Below, one piece after another: positions 39,590-53,560 of a stretch of 64,000 nt of DNA. The DNA is from Eledone cirrhosa (taxonomy: Eukaryota), in NCBI GenBank assembly GCA_964016885.1, contig OZ024740.1:124496001-124560000 (forward strand), in the 5' to 3' direction. Each line of letters opens with the position of its first letter. The first letter of the stretch is position 1. The notes below the pieces were generated by a model. It was given only the letters and a program-made list of their open reading frames with translations. It was not told the DNA's origin and ran no database searches. A program made the position numbers and the translations under genes.

Positions 39590-40616
39590 CCGAATTGGTG
39601 TGGTAGAGACAGGTACACATGTTGTTGAAGTGTGTTACTCCGTCAATACACCAATATGCCCAGCTCCTGGTTGGGTTGTTATTTCTTTGAGAAACTGGAA
39701 TCATATGAATTCGAACAAAGGAATTTCGGCGTCAAAGAACACTCTCTCCTCCCATTGGTCAGTTGTGAGAACATTCCTCAGTCAAAAGTCTATAGACATT
39801 TTTCTGAAGCAAGACAATCTGTTGTGTTTTTTTTTCTTAAGTACAACTGACCTCCTCCCTTGTGTTGGTAGTGGTATTGGTGTTAGGGGGTCAGCAGGCA
39901 GGTCAGCTTTAGTTCGGCTGCTGCTATGTTTAGAAGAATATGTGTGTATGGGTTGGCATCTATCCTGTCACCATTTCACGTGGTGGGGGTGTGCCAAGCA
40001 GATGAAGAAATAAGATAAAGTAAAATGGAGAAATAAAAGAATAAGAGGCAGTAAAATGAAGAAATAAAAATAAAATAAAAATAAAAAAGTAATAAAATAA
40101 TAAAAATAATAAAATAATAAAAGAATGATATAAAATACGTGTGTGTTATAACCAATTACAAAGTTTGAAATATTTGGAAAATATTGATTGAAGTAGAAAG
40201 GCTGTGTCATACTCGAGAAGTGCAAAGGATTACAACCTTTACACTATCATGGGGTGGTGCGTTTTAAGAGCAAATGAGACAAGAGTGGAGTGTAAAACAC
40301 CAGAACCCGAGTGTCAAAATCCGGAAATGCATAGGACTACAGTTCTTATTTCGGCATGCATAGAGTACATATGCGTGTATGTCACCTCACATCGTTCCAA
40401 GCACACATTCACAAGAACAGGCCCAGGCGCATCCCATATGCACACATACACACACACACATTATAAATCCACACACACACACACACACACAGGTATGTAA
40501 ATATATGTGCATGTACAATCTTAAATAACAGTATCTATGTATGGACATATGTATAAGTATGTGTTGTCATATGTATGTGTTGTCATAGTCGATCGAGGCA
40601 GAATCCCAAAATTTAA

Positions 40617-40695
40617 AAATAAATAAATATATACACAGAGGGAATTAAGGAAAAAAATGTTACTTAATTCCCTCTGTGTATATATTTATTTATTT
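40617..40695. repeat. Perfect 33-bp inverted repeat with 13-nt spacer
   Basis: aaataaataaatatatacacagagggaattaag / cttaattccctctgtgtatatatttatttattt. Confidence 0.9.
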
Positions 40696-41388
40696 ACTCA
40701 TTCATTTATATATACACGCACTGTGTCTCGTTTTTTAAATTACTTTTTTAAGATCTTCTAAAAATTTATTTTAAAGAATGATTTTTTGGAAAGAAATATT
40801 TTTTTAAAGTTTCTTTTGAAAGGTATTTTTTGAAGCTTTTTGGAAGAGTTTTCTTCGCTCTCTTAACTTCTTTAATTTTTTAATTTTTGGATTCTGGTAA
40901 TCCTTTGGATTTCAGCTCTTAACTTTTGCCAATTTTCTGAATTTTGGACAGAAAATAATTTTTTCTTAGTTCCCCTCTACAAAAGTAACTTTAACAGACA
41001 AACTGTAAAAACACACACGCACAACAGCCCCACACATATATACGCACACATATTTATGCATACACTCACATGTGTGTACTGTTGTATATACACCTTCACA
41101 CTCTCTCTATATAAGTGTCTGTGTATGTATGTGTGTGGGTATATACTCATCTCAACCTACCACAGTAGTCAGCTCCTACAACCCCCTATCCCCTTTTGAA
41201 CTATTGACCACTAGATTAAACAATATGGTCACAGCATATTTCTCACATCAACAAAACAACTTGGCCTCATTCCCAGTCAACATTTCAGGATATATGATGC
41301 AAGAAATTTTACTCAAACATTCGATTTTGATTTTAATTTTAAATCTTTTTTTACTCCCTCCAACTCTTTTTAATTAACTTTTTTCACT

Positions 41389-41431
41389 GAATTTGACAAG
41401 ATGGATCTTAATACATCGAAACCGGTAATTT
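41389..41431 (+). ncRNA. Minimal type-I HHR with U3-A8 core (UUGACAA)
   Basis: gaat-TTGACAA-gatg[gatcttaata]catc-GAAA-c[cg]GTA-attt. Confidence 0.65.
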
Positions 41432-41521
41432 TCTCATATACTGTATATGCTTCATAAAAAAATTTTCAAAAACGAATTGTCCCTCTCTTTTTTAACAACA
41501 TTATCTTTTTAATAACACTAT

Positions 41522-42018
41522 CTGATAAACTCCGACCTCACACACTTACACCTCTCCAAGATAATGTCACTGGACCGAGACCTTTGGCGGTACTCAGTAA
41601 TAGAGAAGACCCGCCTTCCCTAAATACATAGTAAAACCTACTACAGTCAGTAGGCATCTCTAACAAAATACACCCCCGTCCCACCACCCCCACCCCATCC
41701 ACACCGCCCCCTTCTATGTAAAGTTATGTTGGTGCCACACCATCCAGGCCGAAACAAATGAGATCGTGGAGGTGTCACGACAAAAAACACACAGTCCACG
41801 CTGTAATGTGGCCGTGTAGGCAACACGGTAAAAACCTCCCAGACCCACACTGTAAATGTGGTTGGTGTTAGGAAGGGCATCCAACTGTAGAAAACCTGCC
41901 AGACAGTCCTATGCGAGCAAGACAATCACTCTTGCCTCAAGTGGGAAAACCCCCGTCCAAACCCATGCAAGCGTGGAACACGGACGTTAAACGTTGATGA
42001 TGATGATGATGATGATGA
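41522..42018 (+). mobile_element. RTE LINE 3' end
   Basis: LINSDLTHLHL..., 3' UTR and (ATG)n tail; same family as 59550. Confidence 0.9.
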
Positions 42019-42158
42019 TATCTTTTCAATAATCTCACTTTCACGAATCAAAAAAGAAAGCATACCTTTAAATATATTTCCTGTGCTATTTCCAACTTCA
42101 TCTTTTCTCTCTCTCATATATATATACATATATACTTATACATATATACATATATATA

Positions 42159-42218
<60 letters not shown>

Positions 42219-42365
42219 TCATATACATAAACATATATACATATATATATATATGCATATATATATATATATACATATAGTAATAATAATAAATTTCAAG
42301 ACTAAAATCCAAAGAGGGCTCGATAAGGATAAATATATATCAAATATATAAGAACCGTAGAGCAA

Positions 42366-42502
42366 ATATTTATTAAAATAACAGATTAAAGTTTAAGCAA
42401 AGAATCGCTGCTTTCACCCTTGACGGGATCTTCTGACGATTCCGTTAAGCGTGAAAGCAGCGAATCTTTGCTTAAACTTTAATCTGTTATTTTAATAAAT
42501 AT
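42366..42502. repeat. 65-bp-arm palindrome whose axis is an HHR CUGA core
   Basis: Centre tcttctgacga; each arm carries stem II-GAAA-gcag..ttgc-TT. Confidence 0.75.
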
Positions 42503-44284
42503 ATATACATATATATATATATGTTGTTTTTTTTTTCATATTAATAGAACTGCCCATGAAATTAACATATAAGTAATGACTGAGACTTCCACAAACATGA
42601 GCACCAGTAATGAGATTCTCGGTGAGATTCAGCATGACACTGTGTGACAAGGATGGCATCTTGAATTACTGGTGCTACTCATCTTTGTTAGCTGAGTGTA
42701 CTGGAGTACCATGAAATAAAAAGTGAAAGATGAAACTACTTACATGGGAGTACAATATCAGGAGAAAGGAGATTTCTACAATAACTGAGGAGCTGAAACG
42801 AAAGTTCATGCCAAAGCTGCAAAGATTAAGAGGCATGTACAATGGATCATGCTATATAATCAGAATGTACATTTCCAACAAAATCAGACGATATTCTATC
42901 AGGACGTATATGGCATGGTTAGGAATGATGATGTAATCCCTGATGTGGATGAAAGTAAGAAGTTTTTTTTTATAATAAATAGTAACAACAAAAACTAAAA
43001 TAATAAATATTTAAAAATCAAACAAACAAAAACAAATTCCCCAATAGTGGACACCTCTGATGATCAAACGTAACAAAAGCCCATAAAAAATCCTGATCAC
43101 CCTGGTCACTAAGGCAAATTGTTATCTACCAGTTGTCCTCCTCCAATTCACAGGTGCATACACAGAGTAGGCACAATTACTCAGACCATTCTCACCAGTC
43201 TCATCCACCTTTCAATAAATAATAATTATAATAATTGTTTCTACTTTTGGTACAAGGCCAGCAATTAACCAGTACATTACTGGTACTTTATTTTATCGAC
43301 ACTGTAAGGATGAAAGCCAAAGTTAACATTGGCAATTTTAACATATCTACAGTTCTAACAAAGCCACAATTGTATTATTCTGAAAAATAGACTAAAAGAA
43401 CTATTATGACTAGACAGTAAATACAAGAAAAATAATGACTGCATTTATAATATACCACCCAAAATCAGATGTAGAATACCTGTCACAAACACAGGAAGAA
43501 ATAGGCCTTATGTGACTAGAATTCCATTATAAAATAACCACTCTAAGACTAGAAAAATATCTAATGAAGAAGAATAGAATGTTTATTCAAATACCCATGA
43601 AACATGAACAAAATAAAAATTTGATTTTTGTTTTTAAGGAAGACAAAAAATTCAAAACAGAAGCTGAATTAACAGATAATCATGAGGAAAATAAAAACAT
43701 AGAAGAAACAGCAAAAAGGATAAAATCCAAATAGCAAACAAATCTCCAGAATACTATGTTAAAATAATTGTTTCTACTTTTGGCACAAGGCCATCAATTA
43801 CCCAGTACATTACTGGTACTTTATTTTATCAATCTGTAAGGATGAAAGGCAAAGTTAATCTCGGCGGGATTTGAACTGCAAAGGGACGTAACTATGCTTG
43901 GAAGCATATGGCAAGAAAAACTACAACATGACCAATACCCACAAAAACGGAACAGGAAGGAAGTGGACCAGCAATTTCCCAAAACTAGTTAAGAAGCACT
44001 GAACTAATATCTGAGACAGAAGGACAAACCTCATATTTGGATGATGAAAATCTAACAAATCCCTGTCATAACAGCTCTTTTCTTGCCTGTCCTTTGTCTT
44101 GCTAGAGTCTCATATGCACTATCAGCAGAACAGCCCATGTTGTACAAACTGGCATTAAACACACAGTACCCCATTAATGCATAAAATATTACTGCCAGCA
44201 GGGCCATTCCTGTACATCCTATGTACCTATATATTTGTATATTCTTTTTATTAAGGTTAAATAATGAGTCTTGTTACTCTGGAG

Positions 44285-44762
44285 TCATCATCATCATCAT
44301 CATCATCATCGTTTAACGTCCATATTCCACGCATGCATGGGTTTGGATGGGAGTTTTCCCACTTGAGGCAAGAGTGGTTGTCTTGCTCGCATAAGAATGT
44401 CTGGCGGGTTTTCTACGGCTGGATGCCCTTCCTAATACCAACCACATTTACAGTGTGGAACTGGGAGGTTTTTACCGTTACCTACACGGCCACATTACAG
44501 CGTGAACTGTGTGTTTTTTTTGTTGTGACACCTACACGACCTCATTTGTTTCGGCCTGGATGTTGTGGTACCAACATAACTTTACATTGAAAGGGGTGGT
44601 GTGGATGGGGTGAGGGTAGTGGGACGGGGTGTATTTGTTAGAGGTGCCTACTGACTGTAGTAGGTTTTACTTTGTATTTAGGTAAGGTGGGTCTTCTGTA
44701 TAACTGTGTAGCGCCAAAGATCTCAGTCCAGTGACATTGTCTTGGAGAGGTGTAAATGTGAG
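44285..44762 (-). mobile_element. RTE LINE 3' end (more diverged copy)
   Basis: (CAT)n tail and 3' UTR homology. Confidence 0.85.
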
Positions 44763-45351
44763 TATATATGAAAAATGCTTTGAAATATTAAAATGTTACA
44801 TTCTTAATATATAAAACCTAGATGTAAAATAATAGTGTATCCCAAATTCATATAATTTCATTCTGAAAAACTGTGATATCCTGCAATATATAAAGCTTGA
44901 TTCTATAAATATACCTATTTGTACCGAAACACATAAGAAAAGTATATCAATTTTGACATGATCATGTTTTATTCAATTTGTTGCTGATTCATGAATTATT
45001 TTTCCGTTTCTGATAAAGGTGAACTACATGCCTAAAAATAAGAATCATACCTTTCACTTCTATTAATATTTTATGTAGTTTCAATATTTTGTTTGTATTT
45101 TAGAGCTTTTGTTTCTGAGGATGATCTTTTCACAATGGTCTCAATGAAAAGAAATATGTGAGATGAAACAAGATATTTACTCAAAGACCCTTCATTACTA
45201 TATTTCTAATGAAAACATGCCATTTATCTTCAAATAACTTTTAAAATAATCATGAATTGGAGAGATTTAGCAATAAAAATATATTTTCACTATTAATCTA
45301 GTGTTTGTGGCATAAATTAACAAAGGTTCATATATAAAATTTTGATAAAAG

Positions 45352-45527
45352 CCCCACACTGTAAATGTGGTTGGTGTTAGGAAGGGCATCCAACTGTAGA
45401 AAACCCGCCAGACAGTCCTATGCGAGCAAGACAACCACTCTTGCCTCAAGTGGGAAAACCCCCGTCCAAACCCATGCAAGCGTGGAACACGGACGCTAAA
45501 CCTGATGATGATGATGATGATGATGAT
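45352..45527 (+). mobile_element. RTE LINE extreme 3' end
   Basis: Near-identical to 41845-42018. Confidence 0.85.
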
Positions 45528-46002
45528 TAACACTTTAAAACAAACAAGTTTGTATCATATTACCAGCAGCAATTTCAGGTAATTAGTTATTAAAGAGTTA
45601 AGAACGTGCTGAAAAAGGAAATATTTTTGTTACTTTAACATAATATTTTAAACATTTGCAGTGACAACAGACTACGATAGTTTTTTGAAACTTGTTTCAG
45701 GCTAGTGCCATGATTCAGTCTGTATATTCCATTGAAAATTGTTTGCTGTGATTCCAGAGGTAATTAAACTTCAATACATGCAGTTTGTTCAAAACTGCTT
45801 GCTGCTAGTCCAGCAGCAACAAACTTCTATATAGTTTCAGAAAATTGTTTGCCACTAGTGCCATGTTCCACATTGAACCAGCAGAGTTTTTTTATATACT
45901 ACTGCAGCAGAAATTGTGGTTATTCTCTTCAAAAGAACCAACCAAAAATGCATTATTCTGTGCATAAACTTACACTATTGTAAACAAAAAAGACTACATT
46001 CA

Positions 46003-46283
46003 CCCTTAATATTTCTCTATTGACTAGATTTACATACCATGCAATCCTCTGAAATACTGGGAGTCACTTGAGAATTACCAAGCTGTAAACTATTAGCAAA
46101 CTGTTTTGTTTTGCAGTCTCTATTCATAGGAACAAATATAATCCTTTCTTCATATAGATTTCCAACTTCAACAAGGCCAAGTCAAAATAGCTTGCTAATG
46201 GCTTACAGCATTGTAATCCTCAAGTGACTCACTCAGTTGTATAACAACTGAGCAGAAAGCTAGTCAATAGAGAATGTTAAAGG
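46003..46283. repeat. Old imperfect fold-back/MITE-like element
   Basis: ttctctattgactag...gagtcacttgag...ttagcaa mirrored by ttgctaa...ctcaagtgactc...ctagtcaatagagaa. Confidence 0.6.
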
Positions 46284-49200
46284 CACAATGATCTGTTGAA
46301 AATTGTATAAGTTCTAATAGCTGAATTGAGACTATGTTACATCTGTGAATTGCAGAATCTAATAAGCTTCACTTCCTCTGAATATTAGTAACTTTCGAGT
46401 GTTTTGTATTGTATTTGTAGAGTGGTTATACTCTGTTTATACAATGGTTGTGTAGTAGTTGTTCATTGGAGTTCGTATTTGTTGACATCAAAAGAGGTAA
46501 AATGTGCTGATTCAAACTGCTTGCCTCTGTTGTAAATGATGATGAAAGGAAATTAAGACATGTAGATTATTATTAATTCATAGACGTATACTATGGCTGA
46601 AACTAGAATCACTGAGCTGTAAGCAAGCTGCTCTTTTTGTCAAATACAACAACTTAATGCCACAGTTATTGCAGTTTCAGCAATTTTTACAAGTCACACG
46701 TTCTTCAACAATTACATTCACAGAACTCCAATGAGATGAAACAACTTACAGCTATAACAGCTATTTCAAATAACACATCTTTCAACAGATCATCTTGTTG
46801 TTACCACTTCTCTAGTAATTAGTTACATGTAGTCATGTAATAATATAATGAGTCACTCAAGCATTACCAAATCCTAAGCTCTTAAAAAGATATGTTGCTT
46901 CACTTTCTCTTTCCTTTGACAAAACGTTTTCTATTTTGTACAGAACTCAGCTGATTTAAAATATTAGGCATGTATAAACTGAATAATTCACATTTGAACC
47001 TTGACTTTTTTGCCATGTGTGAGTATTGCCTAAACTGCACCAAATCCACTGAAAAAAACAAAAACAAAAGATGAATTATGTAAATTAGTTGTGAAAACAA
47101 AATGGTTGAACGTAACAAAAATCCCTGGCCAAAGAACTCAGGCTAAAACAATGATGTAAAATAATCTCTGATTCATGCAGAAAGCTGTGTTGATAGCAGA
47201 AGTAAACAGAAGTACATGATAGAACAGAGTTCTAGGCTTAAGAGATAAGACAAACATTGTTGAAACTGGAATACTGGGTTGGTTATCAATCAATTCCTAA
47301 TGTTTTATGTTTCACCAATTTCCCATAAAACTATTTTTTTTTATTTTTTTTATTTTATGTTTTCACCAAAGCAATATTAGGCCTTCTAACTAGTGTGATA
47401 CTAAAATTATAGCATTAATAAAGATAAGAGTTATATAAAGACAAGATTTACATACATCCCTTTGTAAAGAAACAGGAACAATTCATGCAGTTTTAAAAGT
47501 GTATTATACTAATTAGTCCTAAATTAAAGTTCTCTTTTGAATGTCATACTGGTTAGAAAGGATAATGTCACACTGTGATAAAAAGGAGAAAAAATAAATA
47601 CATTTTACAAAGAAAATGTTAGAAGAATGAGATACTGCAAATTGATTATTCTTTCAGCTTAAATATGCTTAATATTTTAGAGCAGCTGGAGAGAGATTTC
47701 CATATAAAATAACTGAGGTTCCTTAGGTGTTGACTTTTATTGAAGCTAAAACATTTGTTAGTAGCCAACAGCTCAGTAATCCTCAAATTACTCTCTTTAT
47801 TATTTAATATATAACCACATGTAAAGCTGATCAATAGAGGTGAATCTTAAGGGTGTCTTAAGGGTGATTCTACTCTTTCTTTATAAGATATAAAGATGAT
47901 GATGATGAATAATCCAACTTTTGCACAGCTGATATCAGGTGAACAATCATGATGTCTGTTGTAATACTATCAAGGAATCTGCTGGTACCATCTGGAATAT
48001 GCTATTGGAAGCAAACAATTTTAAAAAAGAATGTAGATGTTTGTTATTGCTGGAGTATTTGAATGTAAACTGAATTTTCTGGTAACATCATTTGAATGCT
48101 TGCAACTGATGGGCTCAATAAAACCACCCAAGCACCTTATGGTTGTGATAAACTGGACGATAGATTAAGTTAAACATTCAAAAACAGAATGGCTCCTCTA
48201 ATGGGCTTCTACACAATTTTACTTTACCAAATTTCTCTAATAAATCTTTAGTCAAGACAAATATCCAAGATGCCTTACTGTGGACTTCAACTTGAAACCC
48301 TTTAGTTACAAACCAAATTTCTTAACCACACAGCCATTCATAGAGTTAGAAGCTGGGTATTTAGATTCCTAGGATAGCCCTATAATGTGCACTCCATTTT
48401 CCCAAATTACATAATTTAAACTTAGAATTTGGTAAGCTAACAAACCTATTTTTAATACCTCTTGCTTTAATTACTTTAAGAAAATTACTAATACTCCATT
48501 TTCTACTGCACAGTCGACACACACCCACACTAAATGATGACATATCATAACAGCATACAGCCCTATCTACCAGTATGGATATTTCCCCAATGTTGCTACA
48601 GGGTAAAGGTGATTAATGATTTATTTATTGACTACACGATACCATTATATCATTAATTTACTTACAGAAATTTGTACAAAACCATGATCTTTTAAGGTTC
48701 AGTATTGCATTTCTCTGAGCAGCTTAGGTGGCATCCATACTTAGAATTAAAAATATAAAGTAAGGTAGAAGCGTGATAGTAGTACATCCTGAATATATGC
48801 CAAAATAAATGTAAGCATACTGAGAAATAGATATGAGACAGAAATCTATGAGCTGTGATTCTGAACTCAACTCAAGACATTCTCTGTTGACCTAGCTTGA
48901 GGTATTAGCATATAGAATAAAATGATAATATATTTCAGTTTAAGAAATTACATTCCTGATATCAGTTATTATCAGTAGAATTTGAGATGGTTTTATCACA
49001 GCTTGAAAATACCATCTCAGAGTTCAGGAAAGGTATTAGTTTTAGATTATATTTATTATGTATATATATGAGGATATTATCAGAATTTCAAATGTGACTA
49101 TAACACTGTTGAAGGATCATTTCATTTCATTTTATAAGCAGATAACTACTAAGCTTTAGCTTTTTTCAGAGCCGTCATGATATATAGTCTTAGTCTTCTA

Positions 49201-50377
49201 ATACAATTTCATTTAAATCTAGGATATAATAAAAGCTTTTAAATCAACCTCAGTACTTGACTGGTACTAAAATTTATTGAACACTGAAAAGATGAATGTG
49301 GAAGGTGACTTTAGAGGGATTTTATATGTATTTATTATCTTATAGAGTAGCATCAATTGTTACAGATTTCCAAAATGCCATTCACTACTTCACTGCATTT
49401 ATAAAGGACAAGAGTGACAAAAGGTATCTCTAACTTGTTGTTGAACAAATATCTCAAAGGACCACAGATTTTTAGCTGATGGCTCCAAATATCACTGATT
49501 AATATTGGTGAAAGATATATAGAAACACATACATATATTAAATAGTATGCAAATTAGTATATCTATTTCATCATTACTTCTACTTTTGATATGTTTTATA
49601 AAGCCACCAGTTACATATTTCCTTCTGCTTCTTTGGTGATGTAGGTATTTACAATTGTTTTCCATCTACAGGGAAATATATTAATTTGACATGTTTACAT
49701 GTCAATATACTCATGTTTATTTACACACATTTAAAGGCTGCATTATCCAACCTATACTTTTCCTTTTGAAAGGGTAAGGTGCAAATTGCGAGTGATCTGA
49801 CTTGTTAATTCTTATAAATCAAGAGACTGCACAGAAGCTTTTTGTTGATGAAAGAGTTACTGGTACCCTACAATTCTTCTCCACATTTGTATTTACTTAT
49901 CTTTCACCACCTTTAGCTTTCTCATAGAACTATAAATAAAAACAAGTCATAGGACTTAAAGGTTTAAAGATGTTAGCCCTACATATTCAGACGAGATAAC
50001 ACCACTTTTATGGATGAGATATGTAAATAGATCCTGAGTGTTTTAAGAAATGTGTGCTGATTGTAGAATATACCCATGTCTGAAACAAAAATTACGAGGA
50101 TGTTGGTATTCCACATAAGTTGATAAGTAATTACATTTAGTAGTGACATATTGTATAGGAAAAACTAAAACTAATCTAATTTTGACCAATATGATAAAAT
50201 TAATAATAAAACAACACTGATGATGATTTATGCTCATTTGAGAACTGTATTTAGTTTGCTCTGTACAGAACTAATATAATGTCATCTTGCATTTAATATT
50301 TGTCAAATGTCAACATGCAATTTAGCTGAAATATTCCTTAAAGAAATCATATCACATACTCTTGGTAAATATCAATA

Positions 50378-51891
50378 TCATCATCATCATCATCATCATC
50401 ATCGTTTAACGTCCATGTTCCATGCTTGCATGGGTTTGGACGGGAGTTTTCCCACTTGAGGCAAGAGTGGTTGTCATTGCTCGCATAGGACTGTCTGGCG
50501 GGTTTTCTACAGCTGGATGCCCTTCCTAACACCAACCACATTTACAGTGTCGGGCTGGGAGGTTTTTACCGTGTTGCCTACACGGCCACATTACAGCGTG
50601 TACTGTGTGTTTTTTTTGTCGTGACACCTACACGATCTCATTTGTTTCGGCCTGGATGTTGTGGCACCAAAATAACTTTACATTGAAAGGGGCGGTGTGG
50701 ATGGGGTGGGGGTGGTGGGACGGGGTGTATTTTGTTAGAGATGCCTACTGCCTGTAGTAGGTTTTACTTTGTATTTAGGTAAGGCGGGTCTTCTCTATTA
50801 CTGAGTACCGCCAAAGGTCTCGGTCCAGTGACATTGTCTTGGAGAGGTGTAAGTGTGTGAGGTCGGAATTTATCAGCTCGTCCCAGGTTTTTCTGGGTCT
50901 GCCTACTCCGTGGCTACCGTCTATCTTTATTGCCCTGCACTTTGTTATACAGCTGTCGTCTTTCATGCGCATCATGTGACCATACCAACGTAGCCTTCTC
51001 TCGAGTAAACAACATCTGATCCCTCCTATTTCTAATTTTTTCCTTAGTTCATTTATGCTTTGCCGTTCACTTATATTACTATTACACATCCAGCGGAACA
51101 TGCAAGCTTCGTTCCTCTCTAGTCTGTGTATATCCTCTGCACACAATGCCCAGGTCTCACTGCCATGCAACATTGCTGTTCGTATGCAGGCATCATACAA
51201 CCTGCCTTTCATTTTTAGGGAGAACCCTTTAGCGGCTAATAGTGGTATAAGCTCTCTGAACTTTTTTCATCCAGTTCTGAATCTAGCTACTGTACTTTCA
51301 GAGCACCCTCCCCCACTGCTGATTTTGTCACCCAGGTAACGGAAGCTGTCCACTATTTCTATAGAACCCTCTGCGCAATTGAAAGAGCTAGTATTTTGTG
51401 GGCACTTGCTGCTACTTATTTCACCAGAGCACCGGCCACATGTAAAATCTATGTTCTTAGTTAGCTTACCTGTGATCCTACTACATCTTTTATGCACCCA
51501 TACTTTGCATTTGGGACATAAAATGGTGTTTCTACCTACGCCTTTCCTACACACTGAGCATGGCCATTTCCCGGAAGGGACCGGCGCCTTATTTTCTTTC
51601 CTACAAACTAGAACTTTAGTCTTAGCAAGGTTAATTTTAAGGCCTTTTGATTCTAGGCCGTGCTTCCATGTTTGGAATTTCTTCTCTAGCTCGGCCATTG
51701 ATTCAGCTATGAGCGTTAGATCATCTGCGTATAGGAGTTCCTATGGGCAGCCGGTCTTGAACTCCTCTGTTATAGCCTGAAGGGCAATAATAAATAGTAG
51801 GGGGGCTAAGAACAGAGCCCTGATGGACACCAACTTTTACGCTAAACTCTTCGCTATATTCATTGTTAATTCTAACCTTGCTGACTGTTTC

Positions 51892-51895
<4 letters not shown>
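50378..51895 (-). mobile_element. RTE LINE, 5'-truncated within the RT
   Basis: GVHQGS, LLYADDL, PHD-like finger, FRYLG, RLRWYGH; (ATG)n tail; 5' end at (TA)n. Confidence 0.92.
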
Positions 51896-51926
<31 letters not shown>

Positions 51927-52309
51927 ATTAAATTTGTTTATGAATGTAATTGTATCAATTTTATAGAAATTCATGTTAAAATATTTTCATCTACTCTTAA
52001 AATAAAATATGCATATATAAATGGAAAACAATTCAAATTTGCTTCTGTTGTTACATTTTGTGGGTTGCACCCGAATGATACTTGACAACACAATTTAGAT
52101 TGAGACTGAAATTTTCAAGTGACTGTAAGAAAAATATGAGAGCTGGTGAGGACGTACAAACCAATGCACTTATGTGGAAAATAATTTAAGAAAAGTGCTT
52201 AGTAAATGTAATATGGAGTGTGATGGGATGAAAAAACTCAAAATTAATAGAGAGAGAAATAAGAAGTCTTCAGCCACGCCTGCTATCAGAGGTTTTCCTC
52301 TCTTCAGAG

Positions 52310-53560
52310 AGGTGCATAATCACGAAGTCAGGAGAATACATTGCTGATCACCTAAACAACATGTTTTGATGTACACAAGGTCCATCTAGGAGCGATGAAT
52401 AACTTCTTGGGAGCTGAGGTTACATGAGCAATTAAAGAGCTCACATGTGGTAAAGCTTCTGGGAAGGATGAAATTTAAGCCAAGATGTTAAAAGCCTTAA
52501 ATAGGGAAGGTATTCTCTGACTCATGTGTGCCAGGTGGCCTGGATCTATAGAAAGGAACCTAAGCAATGGCAATCGGGAGTGGCAATCCCAATTTTCAAA
52601 AAGGGAGACAAGAGAGATTGCTTTAGTTATAGAGTGATCTCCTTGTTAAGCCTCCCTAATAATGTCTATGCTAAGTGTCTGACAAAGATATGTAGAATTA
52701 TTGTTGAGCTAGCTGATGAACAGTATGATTTTTGCCTCGGACACATCACAGTTTACCAAATATTCACACTGCCGACAATATTTGAGAAATCGTGGGATCA
52801 ATGGACAGCTTATTGTTTATCTGGTTTCTATGAATAAATGCCCCAATATTTGTGTTTTCATAAATAGTGCTAAGTCGAAATCCTCCAATGTAGGGGTCAG
52901 ACTCTGCCAAGAATGACTACTGTCACCTGTTCTGTTCATAATCTTAATGGACAGAATTGAAATGCGCAGCTGTATTGAAAGTGTTATCGAGACTGGTGGG
53001 TGTAGGATCAGTCAGCTGGAATTTGTGAGTGACATGGTGTAACTTAACTCATCAGAAAGTAATCCCTGATATGCACTATTGATGTGATAGCTTCAGCATT
53101 CGGTTATCAGAAGAAGGGAGGTAAGTGTAAAAGCCAAGCATCCTATCTTCAATTCAGTATTCATGCCAAACCTTACCTATAGTCATGAATCTTAATTAAT
53201 GTCCGTGTGCTGTCACAAATACAAGTGGCTGAAATGGGTTCCTTCGAATAGTCTTTGGAGTAATGTTACTTAAGAGAGTGTGTAGCTGGTGATCAAAGTC
53301 GCTTCAGATTGAGCTACTACTTCTGCAGTTAGAGAGATCACAGCACTGATATTACAGATATGTGGTTAGAATGTCTCAGGAAAGAATTGCTGGAAAGATT
53401 TTATTGGCAAAACCAACTGGAAGGGGACCCAGGTGTAGACCCTGAGCAAGATGATTGGATAACACCCAGCTGTATCAATTGAAGATTGATGCTTTTGATA
53501 GAACCCGTTGCAAGGCATGCTTGAGGACTCTGCCTCCCCAACCTTCTTAGGAATAAGTGG
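52310..53560 (+). pseudogene. Old RTE/Expander-like LINE RT fossil
   Basis: GKASGKDEI, WQSGVAIPIFKKGDKRDCFSYRVISLLS; many stops. Confidence 0.75.

Noticed and set aside
45105-45178. HHR-like CTGAGGA...cttttca/tgaaaag...aaacaa
   Set aside because: Spacing around stem II and the cleavage triplet do not fit; may be chance in AT-rich DNA.
44800-50370. Long mostly unique AT-rich stretch as a possible host gene region
   Set aside because: No convincing ORF or splice pattern; small exons cannot be excluded without RNA-seq.
52280-52312. Minus-strand CTGAAGA-gagg[aaaa]cctc
   Set aside because: No GAAA or stem I/III after the hairpin.
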